Source of the DNA: a virus
Taxonomy: Duplodnaviria > Caudoviricetes
IMG/VR virus record: IMGVR_UViG_3300028864_000017
DNA: 64,000 nt
Strand: one strand, 5' to 3'
The translations under genes and the position numbers were made by a program. The notes beneath the pieces were generated by a model. It was given only the letters and a program-made list of their open reading frames with translations, did no database searches and had not been told where the DNA came from. Positions 24,499 to 35,290 of this stretch are shown piece after piece (the stretch's first letter is position 1; every line of letters starts with the position of its first letter).

Positions 24499-25539
24499 TT
24501 AATTTTTACCATGAATAGGACAGTTATCATCAATTAAACATTTTTTTGAAGGATAAATTTCAATATTATTAATTTTTGGACATGTACATCTTGGAGTTTG
24601 CCAAAATTTATGAAATAATATATCTTCATCTTCTCCGTAAAGAGTTTGCATATTAAATTCAATATTAGTTAGTTTTTTATAATATTTTTTTATACTACCT
24701 TCACAGTTATAAATATCATCATAAATCTTCAATTTATTTAACAAACAATCTTTCAATTTTGATAAATTTTCATTAATTTGAATTCTATTCTCATCAACTC
24801 TACTTCTAAACTCTTTATATTTAACCAAATATTTATCCTCTTTTTCATATTTGTCAATCAAATCATTTAGTGTAGAACTTTTCAATTCTTTATATTCTTC
24901 AGGATTAATATCTTCGTCTTCAATACATTTTTCTAGCTCTTCAAATCTTTCTTTTTTATCAAGAGGACCACCATGAAATGTTATTTCACTAAATATTGCG
25001 TTATACAAATCAAATAATGTAAATGTTTTTTCTCCTAACTCAAATTTTGAATCTTCTTCATTTTTACCCTCTATCAATTTATTATAATCATATACAGTGA
25101 AATTTTTATTGAGTGAAATGTTTAATTTTTTTAAATTATTAAGAGATACAAAGTCTATTGAATAAAAATCAGAATTGTTATTTGATACGCCGTGAATTGT
25201 AGATGTTACATTTAATTCATTATCATACTTATTACAGCTCCAATTAACTTCTAGATAATCCATATCAAGTTTGTCAGTTGGATTATTTTCAATTTCTTGT
25301 AAAAATGGATCAATATAATATCCATCTAATGATGAATAAAAAATATCATTAAAATCATTAACATTATGTGATATAATATCAAACAATCTTTTAAATATTA
25401 AATTCTCACCTAATTCAACAGTATCTGACAAAAAAAGTAATATATCGTTTGGGTCAATAACATCAGCATTATCTATTGAATCTAGGTATAAAATTGATTC
25501 TTCGCTATAATAGATTTTATTGTTTGTTATGGTTATCAT
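24499..25539 (-). CDS. hypothetical phage protein
   Basis: 346 aa; C-terminal PRCTCP..N...CPIHG motif. Confidence 0.8.
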   Translation of the reverse strand: MITITNNKIYYSEESILYLDSIDNADVIDPNDILLFLSDTVELGENLIFKRLFDIISHNVNDFNDIFYSSLDGYYIDPFLQEIENNPTDKLDMDYLEVNWSCNKYDNELNVTSTIHGVSNNNSDFYSIDFVSLNNLKKLNISLNKNFTVYDYNKLIEGKNEEDSKFELGEKTFTLFDLYNAIFSEITFHGGPLDKKERFEELEKCIEDEDINPEEYKELKSSTLNDLIDKYEKEDKYLVKYKEFRSRVDENRIQINENLSKLKDCLLNKLKIYDDIYNCEGSIKKYYKKLTNIEFNMQTLYGEDEDILFHKFWQTPRCTCPKINNIEIYPSKKCLIDDNCPIHGKN

Positions 25540-25548
25540 ATAATTAAA

Positions 25549-25875
25549 TTATTTATTAGTATCGACTAATTCAGCATCAACAATTTCTACCGATTCAGGA
25601 GAAATTATACTTTCTTCAACTACTTCTGGTATAACACTTAGATTATCAATATCAATTAATGATATATCATCTATAGTATTCAATTCATCAATATTTATAT
25701 CTGAATCAATAGCATCTTCTGTTGATGTATGTGCTTGTCCAGCCATAATCTCCTGTTGAAGTTTAATATAATTTTCCATCATTTTCTTCTTCAATATTTC
25801 TTGCTGTACTTTCTTATTTTCGTTATATTTTCTAACTTTAGAATCGTGTCCTTTTCTATTTTTTGATTTTGGCAT
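25549..25875 (-). CDS. hypothetical protein
   Basis: Basic N-terminus, acidic C-terminus, 108 aa. Confidence 0.75.
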   Translation of the reverse strand: MPKSKNRKGHDSKVRKYNENKKVQQEILKKKMMENYIKLQQEIMAGQAHTSTEDAIDSDINIDELNTIDDISLIDIDNLSVIPEVVEESIISPESVEIVDAELVDTNK

Positions 25876-25909
25876 ATTTTTATGTTTTTATTTTATATTA
25901 ATTGATTAA

Positions 25910-26272
25910 TCAATTAAAATTCTCTATTTTATTTATTTTATCTTTTCTGAGATATAAGCTAAAATCAGTTATTTTAATTAAACTAAGTTTATCTAAATAC
26001 GATGCAAGTTCTGTATCACAGAAATAATAAGAATTATTATATTTAAATATCAAGTAGTGATCATAATTTACATAAGACATAAAATCATCAAGGTTATCTA
26101 ATTCGATAACCTTGAGATTTTTTATCTCATCAATAATATAAAGATTTTTCAATGAAGATATCTTAACATCACTTATATCAATAGCATTTTCGCTATTATT
26201 ATATATTATGTCTCTTATTTCATCAAAAATCTCCTTATTATTGCTGTGTTTCTGATACTGTTCCTGGTTCAT
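25910..26272 (-). CDS. hypothetical protein with RKDKI tag
   Basis: Ends LRKDKINKIENFN. Confidence 0.75.
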   Translation of the reverse strand: MNQEQYQKHSNNKEIFDEIRDIIYNNSENAIDISDVKISSLKNLYIIDEIKNLKVIELDNLDDFMSYVNYDHYLIFKYNNSYYFCDTELASYLDKLSLIKITDFSLYLRKDKINKIENFN

Positions 26273-27023
26273 CTATTCTATCTATGTTATTATATCCGTC
26301 CATAGTATTTAATGCATCTACCCAATTGTTAAACATATTGGTGTATCTTTCTAATACTACTCCATAAGCATTAAAAAGTCTTGTCATCAAACCAACTTCA
26401 GTTAATACATTTTTAAAATAAAAGAAATGATCAGTTGATCCTTTTTCTTCATGTTTCATCAACAAGTGACTAACTAAAACTAAACTTTGTATTGAGCAAG
26501 CTGGAACGAATGATTCGATTCCTTTTGGTAAACTTTTGATATAATTTCTTGTTGGATCAATAAATTTGGTGAAAAGTTCCCAAAAATTGAAAAGTTCATT
26601 TCCATTATATGACAATTTTTTTGTTAATATATTATCCATATAATTCCACTCTTTAATAGAGAGTTCAAAATTAAAATTCAATGAACTATATTGAGTTTGA
26701 TATGTTGAGAATAGTTCTCTACCATATCCAAACAATTTATCTCTATCTTCTTTAGTCATAGATTTTACTTCTACTGAATCAGTTTGAAATCTATTTAAAA
26801 ATAAATCTAAATTGGTAAATAGGTATTCATATTTTTGAAGGGATTTACTTTCAATATATTTCTGTCCTGTTTCTGAAATAATCTTTTCAGCATCTTTAAT
26901 TTTATTATCGTTTGTACTAATTTTTTGGTTATCTCCATCTACAAATAAATTTGTATATTCTGTATTTAAATCGAATGCTTCATCACCGTTAAAATTAAAA
27001 AATTTTTTTTCTTCCATTATCAT
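26238..27023 (-). CDS. hypothetical protein
   Basis: 261-aa ORF. Confidence 0.8.
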   Translation of the reverse strand: MIMEEKKFFNFNGDEAFDLNTEYTNLFVDGDNQKISTNDNKIKDAEKIISETGQKYIESKSLQKYEYLFTNLDLFLNRFQTDSVEVKSMTKEDRDKLFGYGRELFSTYQTQYSSLNFNFELSIKEWNYMDNILTKKLSYNGNELFNFWELFTKFIDPTRNYIKSLPKGIESFVPACSIQSLVLVSHLLMKHEEKGSTDHFFYFKNVLTEVGLMTRLFNAYGVVLERYTNMFNNWVDALNTMDGYNNIDRIDEPGTVSETQQ

Positions 27024-27047
27024 TTATTTTTGTTTTTTGTTTTTATT

Positions 27048-27485
27048 TTATCTATTTGCTTTTGTTTCTTTTTCTTTTTCAGCTTGTTGACTATTATATA
27101 AATCTCTACATTTATTTGCTCTTTCAACTGCTTCAACTCCATATCTATTAATAATACCGTATGATGTTACTAAATCTGCTTTACCTAATTTTATAGTTCC
27201 TTTATCAAGATCTGTTTCAATTAATGCCAACTCTTGATCAATTAAAATGTTTTTTATTTCATCATCAAATGCGTCATAAAAATTTTCATTAAAACTGACT
27301 AAAAGTTCAGCATTTAATAAACTTACATATCTATCATTAATTTTAACTATTTTTATTAATGTTTTTTGTTTATCATCCGCTTGAAATACAAATTTTAAAT
27401 TTATTGGGATGCACAATTTTTCTTCTAAGACTTTAAAATAGTCTATAATATAATCTGCTAATTCGTGATATTGTTCTTTTGCCAT
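27048..27485 (-). CDS. putative phage metallopeptidase-like protein (possibly inactive)
   Basis: ..ILIDQELALI.. at the position of HE motif; weak family resemblance only. Confidence 0.4.
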   Translation of the reverse strand: MAKEQYHELADYIIDYFKVLEEKLCIPINLKFVFQADDKQKTLIKIVKINDRYVSLLNAELLVSFNENFYDAFDDEIKNILIDQELALIETDLDKGTIKLGKADLVTSYGIINRYGVEAVERANKCRDLYNSQQAEKEKETKANR

Positions 27486-27526
27486 GTTTTTTGTTTTTTA
27501 AATATATTGTAATTATTTAATAAAGT

Positions 27527-27952
27527 TTATAATAAAAATAATAAAGAAAACATTCCAAATAAAATTAATGAGATTATTGATACTATAATGAATCTTGCAA
27601 TAAATTTAGTATTTAGATATTTAAACTTCAATACTATTCTTATATTTAAATCATCAATTTGTTGAATATTATCTGTATCTAATTCAACATATTCTAGCAT
27701 TCCTAATTCAAATAAAAAATTATTAATTTCAATCACATGATTTCTAACCATATTATCAACATAATAGTAGCCATACTTATCAATATTTTCTTTATCATCT
27801 AAAGGTAAGTTTAATACTGTATATAATCTACCTATCCAATCATACTGAATACCGTAAGGATTAATATTTTTATTAATTCTTGATTCTTCCAAAACTTTTT
27901 TATTCTTCTTAAGAAGCTTAAAATATCTTATCAAATATAAAAATCTTTTCAT
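27527..27952 (-). CDS. hypothetical protein with C-terminal membrane anchor
   Basis: 141 aa, terminal hydrophobic helix. Confidence 0.75.
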   Translation of the reverse strand: MKRFLYLIRYFKLLKKNKKVLEESRINKNINPYGIQYDWIGRLYTVLNLPLDDKENIDKYGYYYVDNMVRNHVIEINNFLFELGMLEYVELDTDNIQQIDDLNIRIVLKFKYLNTKFIARFIIVSIISLILFGMFSLLFLL

Positions 27953-28107
27953 GTCTTATTTTTTATTTATATATTTATTGATATAGGTTCAAATGTGCCT
28001 ATATCAATAAATAATTTGATATTTATTAATATCAAATTATTTACTTCAATTACATATAGATTAAAAATAATTTAAAGTTTACTTGAAAGACGTATTATTG
28101 TAGTTAA

Positions 28108-31098
28108 TTATCTATGAAAGCTAGATGCTGGTGCTGGCTTATCTAAAGAATTTTTAATTGATTTTAATAATTTTCTAACCTCAGATATTTCAGAATAAAA
28201 TTGAGGTTCAATTTTAGTGACAACTACCATAGGTTCTTTTGCTTTTTTCTCATCTTCTATTTTATCGGATCCTGTTAAGTTATTAAATGCATTACCAATT
28301 GTTTTCATTAAATTAGGAGTAGAATCAGAGTTACCATAAATAGTTTTTATTGTATCTTGATTATCTTTTAATTTATCAAGAACTATTTGCAATTTTGCAT
28401 CATCAACAGCACTCAATAAAACAACACTAGCTGAAACTTTTGATAAATTATCAAATGTTGTAATATCTTTCAAAGAATTAGATAAATCAACAAACGAGTC
28501 TGCCAATTTATGTATTTGAACACTTTTATCTGGCATATTATCTAATAATTTAACTAATTTATCAAATCCTTGAATATAAAGTTCTGATAAAGGATTTTGT
28601 GTTGCATTTGACAATAATATTAAAGATGGAAATAGCATACCTAAATTATTTGTAAAATTCATCACATCATTTATATTTACTGCAAAATCATTTATATTTT
28701 TAGCCATTGAAACTATAAAATTATTAAAATTTGTTAAATAAGTTGCATCTGGAATATTAGTAAAATTACCGTCTGATAATATATTTGATGCTAAAACTAT
28801 TGAATTTGATGATTCTCTCACAAAATCTGTTATTGTCATTTTATTACCACCAACATTAAATAATCTAGCTATAATATCCATTATTCCTATATCATTAACT
28901 TTAGAATATGCTGTAGCCATAGATATAAGAAAGCTACCAATTCCTTCTGAATATTCTTTAGTTGGATGTCCAGCATTATTCCAATTTGTAGAATCTAATA
29001 TTGTTTTTGCTGTAACCATAGAAGAAGCAGCGTTTTTAACAAATACATTGAAACTTTCAGGATTCACACTAAATATATTAGCGCCTGCGATAGATACTAT
29101 TGCATATGTTTCAGCGAATGATTTTAATAATTCACCAACTCCATCAGCATAATCTTTAGATGGATAACTACCTGCTGTACTCCAATTAACACCAGATAAT
29201 TCTGAATTTGCAGTTTTCATTGCTCCTGCTGCTGATATTACAAAATCATTAAAACTTTGGGCTTTGGTACCAGTCAAAAATGAAAATACTTTATTAATTC
29301 CTTGCAATCCTGTAATAGCAACATAAGCAGCAGCGAATAATGTGAGTGCTGTACCAACTCCCAATGACCATTCCAATTTTGGATAACCACTATCCCATTT
29401 ACCACTTTGTAATAATAAAGATACTTCAACCATTGTATTTGCTATTTTAATTAAAGGGTTTTCTTCACCAGTAAATATTTTTGATATCGCTCCTGCAATA
29501 CTACCAGCGGATGCTATCACCATAGCAGAACTAAACGCAATTAATGATCCACCTACTCCTAATGCCCAATCCAAAGGTGGATATTTAGTATAATCACCAG
29601 TTGGTATTATATGTGAAACAAGAACCATAATTCCAGCAACAGCAAGAATAGCAGCAAGACCAATCCAGAAAAATGGATTAGTTCCAGCAAATAATCCAAC
29701 TCCAGCAGCAATAAGAGCAAATCCTCCAATTGCTAATCCAGCAGATAATGTCCACATAAAATCAGGTGCTATCATATTAGTAGGCAATGATGAAAATATA
29801 TTAGCAACGACTACAATAGCAATAGATGTTAATATACTTCCTGCTATACCAACAAGCAAATCAGAAAGAGATAATTTACCTAACAACATAACTGTAGGTG
29901 TAAAAATTAATATTGATATACCCATTGCTAATGTACTTAATACAACATTTAATGGATCAGAAAGAGATATAAATTCACTAAAAATTATACTAGATTGTGT
30001 AATAGCAATAGACATTGGCAAAATCATTAATGTTCCAGTAATAACATCTTCCAATTTCATTTTACCTAAAAAATAAATTGCGGGAGTAAAAAACAGCAAC
30101 GATAATCCAATAACAGCACTACCAATTAATAAATCTAATGGATTACTAATTGGAACAAATCCTTTAAATATTTCACTTGCTAAAACTATACCTCCTGCTA
30201 TTAATGGTATCATAAAAGGCAATGCCAACATTTCTTTATATGTCACATTTTTTAATCCTTTTAATGCTAAAGAAATTCCAATAGTTGCTACACCCAAAGC
30301 CAATCCTATCATACCTACAGATAATACTTGCATAAAAGATATATTTTCAACCCCTTTTAAAATATGAGAAGATTTTACAATGCCCCATGCTATCATTGGT
30401 AATATTAAAGGTAGCAATGGTACCATTTTTAATGATGAACTACTAATTTTAGACACTGATTTCATTATAAGATACGCAGCTAATCCCATTGCGGTACTAA
30501 TTAGAAGAATTGACATTGATTGCATTACTGAAAAGTCTGGCATTCCTTTTAATATGTAGCCAGACAATGCTAAGCCAATTGCCATCAATGGCATAATAGA
30601 TGAAATTAACAGTATATTAGTATATTTTAAATTTTTTATGTCCGCTATTTTACTATATGCCAATGACATAGCTATCATAGATACTGATAACGCGACAACT
30701 GATAGAAAATCTACTTTTCCTATTATTTTAAATGCCAATCCTAACGCTAAAACTCCTGCAGCAATTAAAACAACAACTTTTATACCATCAACAATCTTAT
30801 TTTTGTTCTTAGGATCTTCTATGCTACCAAACATTCCAGATTCTTTTTGCTTCTTTATTCCATCAATTTTCTGTAATATTTTTTCATTATCAGTTTTGAC
30901 ATTTTTAAATCCGTCTTCTGTAATTTTCTGTAAATCCTTTACTACATGACTCAAATCATTCATAGGAGTCTTTAAAAAATCATTAACGACGTCTGATTTG
31001 CCAGTTTTTTGCTGTTCTTTTAATATTTCCACAATTTTCTCTAATGCGGTAGTGAATGTATCTAATGATTCTATGTATTTTTCATCTATTTTAGACAT
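28108..31098 (-). CDS. tape-measure-like / tail-associated protein
   Basis: 996 aa; long repetitive hydrophobic Ala/Gly/Ile/Leu helical region, helical termini. Confidence 0.5.
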   Translation of the reverse strand: MSKIDEKYIESLDTFTTALEKIVEILKEQQKTGKSDVVNDFLKTPMNDLSHVVKDLQKITEDGFKNVKTDNEKILQKIDGIKKQKESGMFGSIEDPKNKNKIVDGIKVVVLIAAGVLALGLAFKIIGKVDFLSVVALSVSMIAMSLAYSKIADIKNLKYTNILLISSIMPLMAIGLALSGYILKGMPDFSVMQSMSILLISTAMGLAAYLIMKSVSKISSSSLKMVPLLPLILPMIAWGIVKSSHILKGVENISFMQVLSVGMIGLALGVATIGISLALKGLKNVTYKEMLALPFMIPLIAGGIVLASEIFKGFVPISNPLDLLIGSAVIGLSLLFFTPAIYFLGKMKLEDVITGTLMILPMSIAITQSSIIFSEFISLSDPLNVVLSTLAMGISILIFTPTVMLLGKLSLSDLLVGIAGSILTSIAIVVVANIFSSLPTNMIAPDFMWTLSAGLAIGGFALIAAGVGLFAGTNPFFWIGLAAILAVAGIMVLVSHIIPTGDYTKYPPLDWALGVGGSLIAFSSAMVIASAGSIAGAISKIFTGEENPLIKIANTMVEVSLLLQSGKWDSGYPKLEWSLGVGTALTLFAAAYVAITGLQGINKVFSFLTGTKAQSFNDFVISAAGAMKTANSELSGVNWSTAGSYPSKDYADGVGELLKSFAETYAIVSIAGANIFSVNPESFNVFVKNAASSMVTAKTILDSTNWNNAGHPTKEYSEGIGSFLISMATAYSKVNDIGIMDIIARLFNVGGNKMTITDFVRESSNSIVLASNILSDGNFTNIPDATYLTNFNNFIVSMAKNINDFAVNINDVMNFTNNLGMLFPSLILLSNATQNPLSELYIQGFDKLVKLLDNMPDKSVQIHKLADSFVDLSNSLKDITTFDNLSKVSASVVLLSAVDDAKLQIVLDKLKDNQDTIKTIYGNSDSTPNLMKTIGNAFNNLTGSDKIEDEKKAKEPMVVVTKIEPQFYSEISEVRKLLKSIKNSLDKPAPASSFHR

Positions 31099-31104
31099 TT
31101 ATAA

Positions 31105-31539
31105 TTAAAGATTATTTTGGGTTCTTACTTTTTTCATATTAGGGTTTGGAACTGAGTTAATATTAGATTTTTTAAGTGTTTGATTTAATTTATCTATTTG
31201 CTGTACTGTTTTATCAAATTCTTGTACTTGATTTTTATAATCTTGAACTTGTGTTTTTACTTCTTTTTGATTTTCTGGCTCTAGATCTTGAATATTTTGT
31301 AACAATCCTTTTTCAATAACATCTTTCTTTGCTAAAATGGTTTGTTTTTGTTGTTCAGTATCTATTAAAATATTATCCACACCATCTGTTGGTTTATTGT
31401 TATTTGTCTGATGATTATTGTTATTTTGAACTGGTTTTAATTTTGTTTTATTTGATAATGAATTTATATAACCTTGTGTAGTGTTAGGATTATTCATTCC
31501 GTTTTCTAAAAAAATTTCGTAATTATTTATATGTATCAT
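31105..31539 (-). CDS. putative virion protein
   Basis: MIHINNYEIFLE start; Asn/Gln-rich, coiled coil. Confidence 0.65.
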   Translation of the reverse strand: MIHINNYEIFLENGMNNPNTTQGYINSLSNKTKLKPVQNNNNHQTNNNKPTDGVDNILIDTEQQKQTILAKKDVIEKGLLQNIQDLEPENQKEVKTQVQDYKNQVQEFDKTVQQIDKLNQTLKKSNINSVPNPNMKKVRTQNNL

Positions 31540-31540
31540 T

Positions 31541-32737
31541 TTAATTTTGATGTTTATTTTTAGCTCTACGTAGAGTTTCACTATTTTTAAATTCTTTACT
31601 AGACATAACATGGGGGTTATCAGAATTTGTTACTGTACTTGTTCCTGATGTACCTTTACTCACTCCTGATGTTCCTGCTTCAACTGTACTTGTACCTGAT
31701 GTACCTTTACTCACTCCTGATGTTCCTGGTGCAACTGTACTTGTCCCTGATGTTCCTGGCTCAACTGTACTTGTTCCTGATGTTCCTGGCTCAACTGTAC
31801 TTGTTCCTGATGTTCCTGTTGCAACTGTACTTGCTCCTGATGTTCCTGTACCTGGGTTTTTAACTAATGTCAGTTTTTGACTATCTGTTGTAGTTGTTGT
31901 AGTGGTATTATTTGATTTATTAGATTCATTATATATTTTCAATTTAGTAATATCAAATATAGGGTCATTGTTTTTATCTACTAAACTAATTGATTGATTT
32001 GTATCAGCGTTAACCATAGTTTTTATAGCATGATTTTCAAATGTGAATTCAACTGGCTGTTCATCATATAGATATGTTTGATTTTCATCTATATCAGTTA
32101 ATAATTCAAATTCATCCAATCGTAATCCTTTTTCAAATGCCTTCAATTTTGAACTATCAACATAATCTTTACTATTTATTATTTCTTTTATTTTTGAATT
32201 ATAATTTTCGTCATTTTTTCTTTCAAAAAATGAAATAATACTAGGTTTTCCTCCTAATCCTTTTTTTTCTAATTTAACTGGGTATTCATTATAGAAAAAC
32301 AAGTCTCCTACTTCAGAATCATCCAATCGTTTTTGACAATCTGCTGTCTTATCATTAATAACTTCATTGATTCTTTCTTTATATTTAGTGTATTTTGAAT
32401 TTTTTTGTTTCACATAAAGAATCTTTAGTGTATTACCAGAAAAATTTAATTCATTTTCTGTTATTATTTTATTTGTCCAAAAATCATGAATTTCTTTTAT
32501 TATTTCCTCACCTTTTATATTATCAAAACTTGAACTTACAGTATCTGGTGTATCATCATTTTTTTTTGTTTCATCAGGTGATTGTTCATCTGTTTTTTCT
32601 TCACCTGACTCATCTGGTTTGATTGTATTAGTGGAAGTTGTATTATTAGATGTATCTTCTTTTTTTGTGACACTAGGAGCAATTACTGTTGATGTTTCTG
32701 CTTCATTTAACATGAAATCTGAATACGTTTTTTTCAT
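31541..32737 (-). CDS. putative virion protein with GTSGTSTV repeats
   Basis: MKKTYSDFMLNE start; C-terminal Gly/Thr/Ser repeats. Confidence 0.8.
   Translation of the reverse strand: MKKTYSDFMLNEAETSTVIAPSVTKKEDTSNNTTSTNTIKPDESGEEKTDEQSPDETKKNDDTPDTVSSSFDNIKGEEIIKEIHDFWTNKIITENELNFSGNTLKILYVKQKNSKYTKYKERINEVINDKTADCQKRLDDSEVGDLFFYNEYPVKLEKKGLGGKPSIISFFERKNDENYNSKIKEIINSKDYVDSSKLKAFEKGLRLDEFELLTDIDENQTYLYDEQPVEFTFENHAIKTMVNADTNQSISLVDKNNDPIFDITKLKIYNESNKSNNTTTTTTTDSQKLTLVKNPGTGTSGASTVATGTSGTSTVEPGTSGTSTVEPGTSGTSTVAPGTSGVSKGTSGTSTVEAGTSGVSKGTSGTSTVTNSDNPHVMSSKEFKNSETLRRAKNKHQN
31630..31860 (-). repeat. imperfect coding tandem repeat (mostly 30 bp)
   Basis: Repeated tgttcctg(g/a)...aactgtacttg(t/c)(t/c)cctga units. 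Confidence 0.85.
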
Positions 32738-32757
32738 TTTATGTTTTATATTTTTAT

Positions 32758-34707
32758 TTAAAATTTAGATGCAATTTTTTTCAAATTATCTAATACTACT
32801 TTATTATCCCAAAAATTAGGATTACTTTCCTCATCTTTAAATGCACTAAATTTTTTATCATTGGAATCTGATATTAAATTTAATGCTTTCCACCAAAACT
32901 TAACTCTATCAATTTTACGACAGCTCTTAATATTTATTTTATCTTTTTGATAATTACTAGCTATTACACCATCAAATGAATTACTAGGATTACTTAGATC
33001 TAAATCAGCTATGAATTTTTCACCTGATGGCTCGCACAAAAATAATTTATTTGTCTTATTATCGGAGCTAATATAATTATTAAAAACTAAAAAACTATTA
33101 CTTTGTCCATTAGTATTTGCACTTGTACCTGATGGTAAGCTTGCACCTTTCTTTAGCATAAAATATACATTAACGACATCATCTTTTTTAAGAGTCACAT
33201 TTGCAAAATTAGTAGATGAAAATATATTTTGAAATTCTTTAAAATTTGATGTAACTATATTATTTTCAATTTTCTTTATTGTCTGAGTGATCATAAACAT
33301 ATAGAAGCCATTTGATGGCGCTGAACTAATTGGTGCAATTGTAGAATTATAATTTATTCCTTGATAATCAAATATACAATATTGCCAATTTCCTTCCAAA
33401 CCACCAATCTTAGTTTCATATTGATTTAATGAATCACCAAGTTGATCACCAATCTCTAATGATTCAGTGTCACTTCCAAGTTTTTTTACTTCTTTATTTG
33501 CTTTTAATGTAGATCCTGATAAATTTACAGTTGATCCATAGTTACCTTCTCTTATATCAACAATTGGTATGTCCATAAGCAAAGAAAAACTTGCATATAC
33601 TTTTGATAATTCTTTATCCCATCTCAATTTCAATTTTTGTTTTTCAACATCTTGACCTTGATTTTCTGGGACAAATAATTCTTTTGCAGTAAGTTGAATA
33701 ACTTTCAAGCTTTCTGAATTTACATTTGATGCAACTTCTTTCATAACATCAGTTTTTCTATTAATTGTTTTTTCTATTTCTGCTAAATTTATATCTGATA
33801 TTGGAAGAGAAAAATCTTCTTCTCGTTCTTTATATTTATCTTGATCTCTTTTAGTTATTATACTTTTAACACTAACCCAACTCTTGACTCCTGATTTTGG
33901 TCTGATAGTTGGTGAATTTGATCCTAATCCTATTTTACCTGCGCTTGAATCTGTCTTAAGTTGAGCTAATGCTTCATTTGTAGATGTTGCTTCTGATGCA
34001 CCTTTACTTTTAGATTCTTTTTCTTTTAATTTTCTAACTATCTCATAATTAACATATATAGCTTTTATCATATCAAGTTTCTTTTTAGCATCTTCGTCAC
34101 CTTCATCTGCGTTTTTCTTAATTTCATCAAAATATTGAATATTTTTTTTCAAAAATTCGTATGTCTCAGATTCCATTCTATCATATTCTTCTTTATCTAC
34201 AACTTCTTTTACATCATTAATATTTTTTATTATAGGTCTATCATTATCTGTTTTTATTCCTGATTTTTTAATCAATTCTTCAACATCTTCACCTTCTGTG
34301 CCATTCATCATCCTATTAAATAAATCTTCTCCAATATCTTTTTTAATTGCTTCAAAATTAACATCATTTTTATTTTCAGATGAATCAGAATTAGTATTTT
34401 CTTCTCCTCCTTCAATTTTACCTGATTGCAAATTAATTTTTTTAATAAAACAATATATTATAACTCCACGTACCAATTCATTTATTAATTTTGCAATCAA
34501 TCTATTAATTATGAAATTTTCTTTACCCTTTCTCCATAGCCAACTCAAACCTTTGAATAAACCATTCATCAATTTTCCTAAATATGTATCTTTCAAATCA
34601 GCATTATTAGCAAATCCATCTCTAGCTCCAACTCCACCTTGAGTACCGCCAAATATTTCATTCATTTTAATAAAATCTTTACGACTTTGAATATTTTTAA
34701 ATTCCAT
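32758..34707 (-). CDS. large hypothetical (putative virion) protein
   Basis: 649-aa ORF in structural-type block. Confidence 0.8.
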   Translation of the reverse strand: MEFKNIQSRKDFIKMNEIFGGTQGGVGARDGFANNADLKDTYLGKLMNGLFKGLSWLWRKGKENFIINRLIAKLINELVRGVIIYCFIKKINLQSGKIEGGEENTNSDSSENKNDVNFEAIKKDIGEDLFNRMMNGTEGEDVEELIKKSGIKTDNDRPIIKNINDVKEVVDKEEYDRMESETYEFLKKNIQYFDEIKKNADEGDEDAKKKLDMIKAIYVNYEIVRKLKEKESKSKGASEATSTNEALAQLKTDSSAGKIGLGSNSPTIRPKSGVKSWVSVKSIITKRDQDKYKEREEDFSLPISDINLAEIEKTINRKTDVMKEVASNVNSESLKVIQLTAKELFVPENQGQDVEKQKLKLRWDKELSKVYASFSLLMDIPIVDIREGNYGSTVNLSGSTLKANKEVKKLGSDTESLEIGDQLGDSLNQYETKIGGLEGNWQYCIFDYQGINYNSTIAPISSAPSNGFYMFMITQTIKKIENNIVTSNFKEFQNIFSSTNFANVTLKKDDVVNVYFMLKKGASLPSGTSANTNGQSNSFLVFNNYISSDNKTNKLFLCEPSGEKFIADLDLSNPSNSFDGVIASNYQKDKINIKSCRKIDRVKFWWKALNLISDSNDKKFSAFKDEESNPNFWDNKVVLDNLKKIASKF

Positions 34708-34712
34708 TTATT

Positions 34713-35201
34713 TTATATTAATTTTTTAATTTTTAGACCATTATATGAATATTTTTTACCAAATAATACAAAATAATCATTTTCAAATTTAACAGGGCAA
34801 TCTTTAGATTTATCTATACTTGAATCATAAATAATAACATCATTGATGCTTAATGAATAATTTTTTAATTCATTTATAAAAGATCCATATAATTCTTTAT
34901 TAGATTTCATAATAGTATATTTTTTTTCAGGTTTTACTACTGATGATTCAATATTTTCTATTTTTTTCACTTCTGAGATTTTTTCGTTTTTTTTATTTTC
35001 ACTTTTTTTATTAAGTGATTTAGATGGAATATCTTGAATTAATTCATCATTAATATGCTTCTTAATTGATGATTCTGAAGGAGAATCAGTTATTAGCTCA
35101 GCAGAATCATCTTTAAATTGATATTTTTCAACAATATCAAATTTTTTATTATTATTGATATTTTTATTATTTTCTTGATTATTATCTAATTCTTCTGACA
35201 T
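34713..35201 (-). CDS. hypothetical protein
   Basis: 162-aa ORF. Confidence 0.75.
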   Translation of the reverse strand: MSEELDNNQENNKNINNNKKFDIVEKYQFKDDSAELITDSPSESSIKKHINDELIQDIPSKSLNKKSENKKNEKISEVKKIENIESSVVKPEKKYTIMKSNKELYGSFINELKNYSLSINDVIIYDSSIDKSKDCPVKFENDYFVLFGKKYSYNGLKIKKLI

Positions 35202-35290
35202 AAATATTCTTTTTATCTTTATATATTAATATTAATTATTCCTTTAAATATATATTAAAATAATAAATCTAAAAATTTATATATAACATT

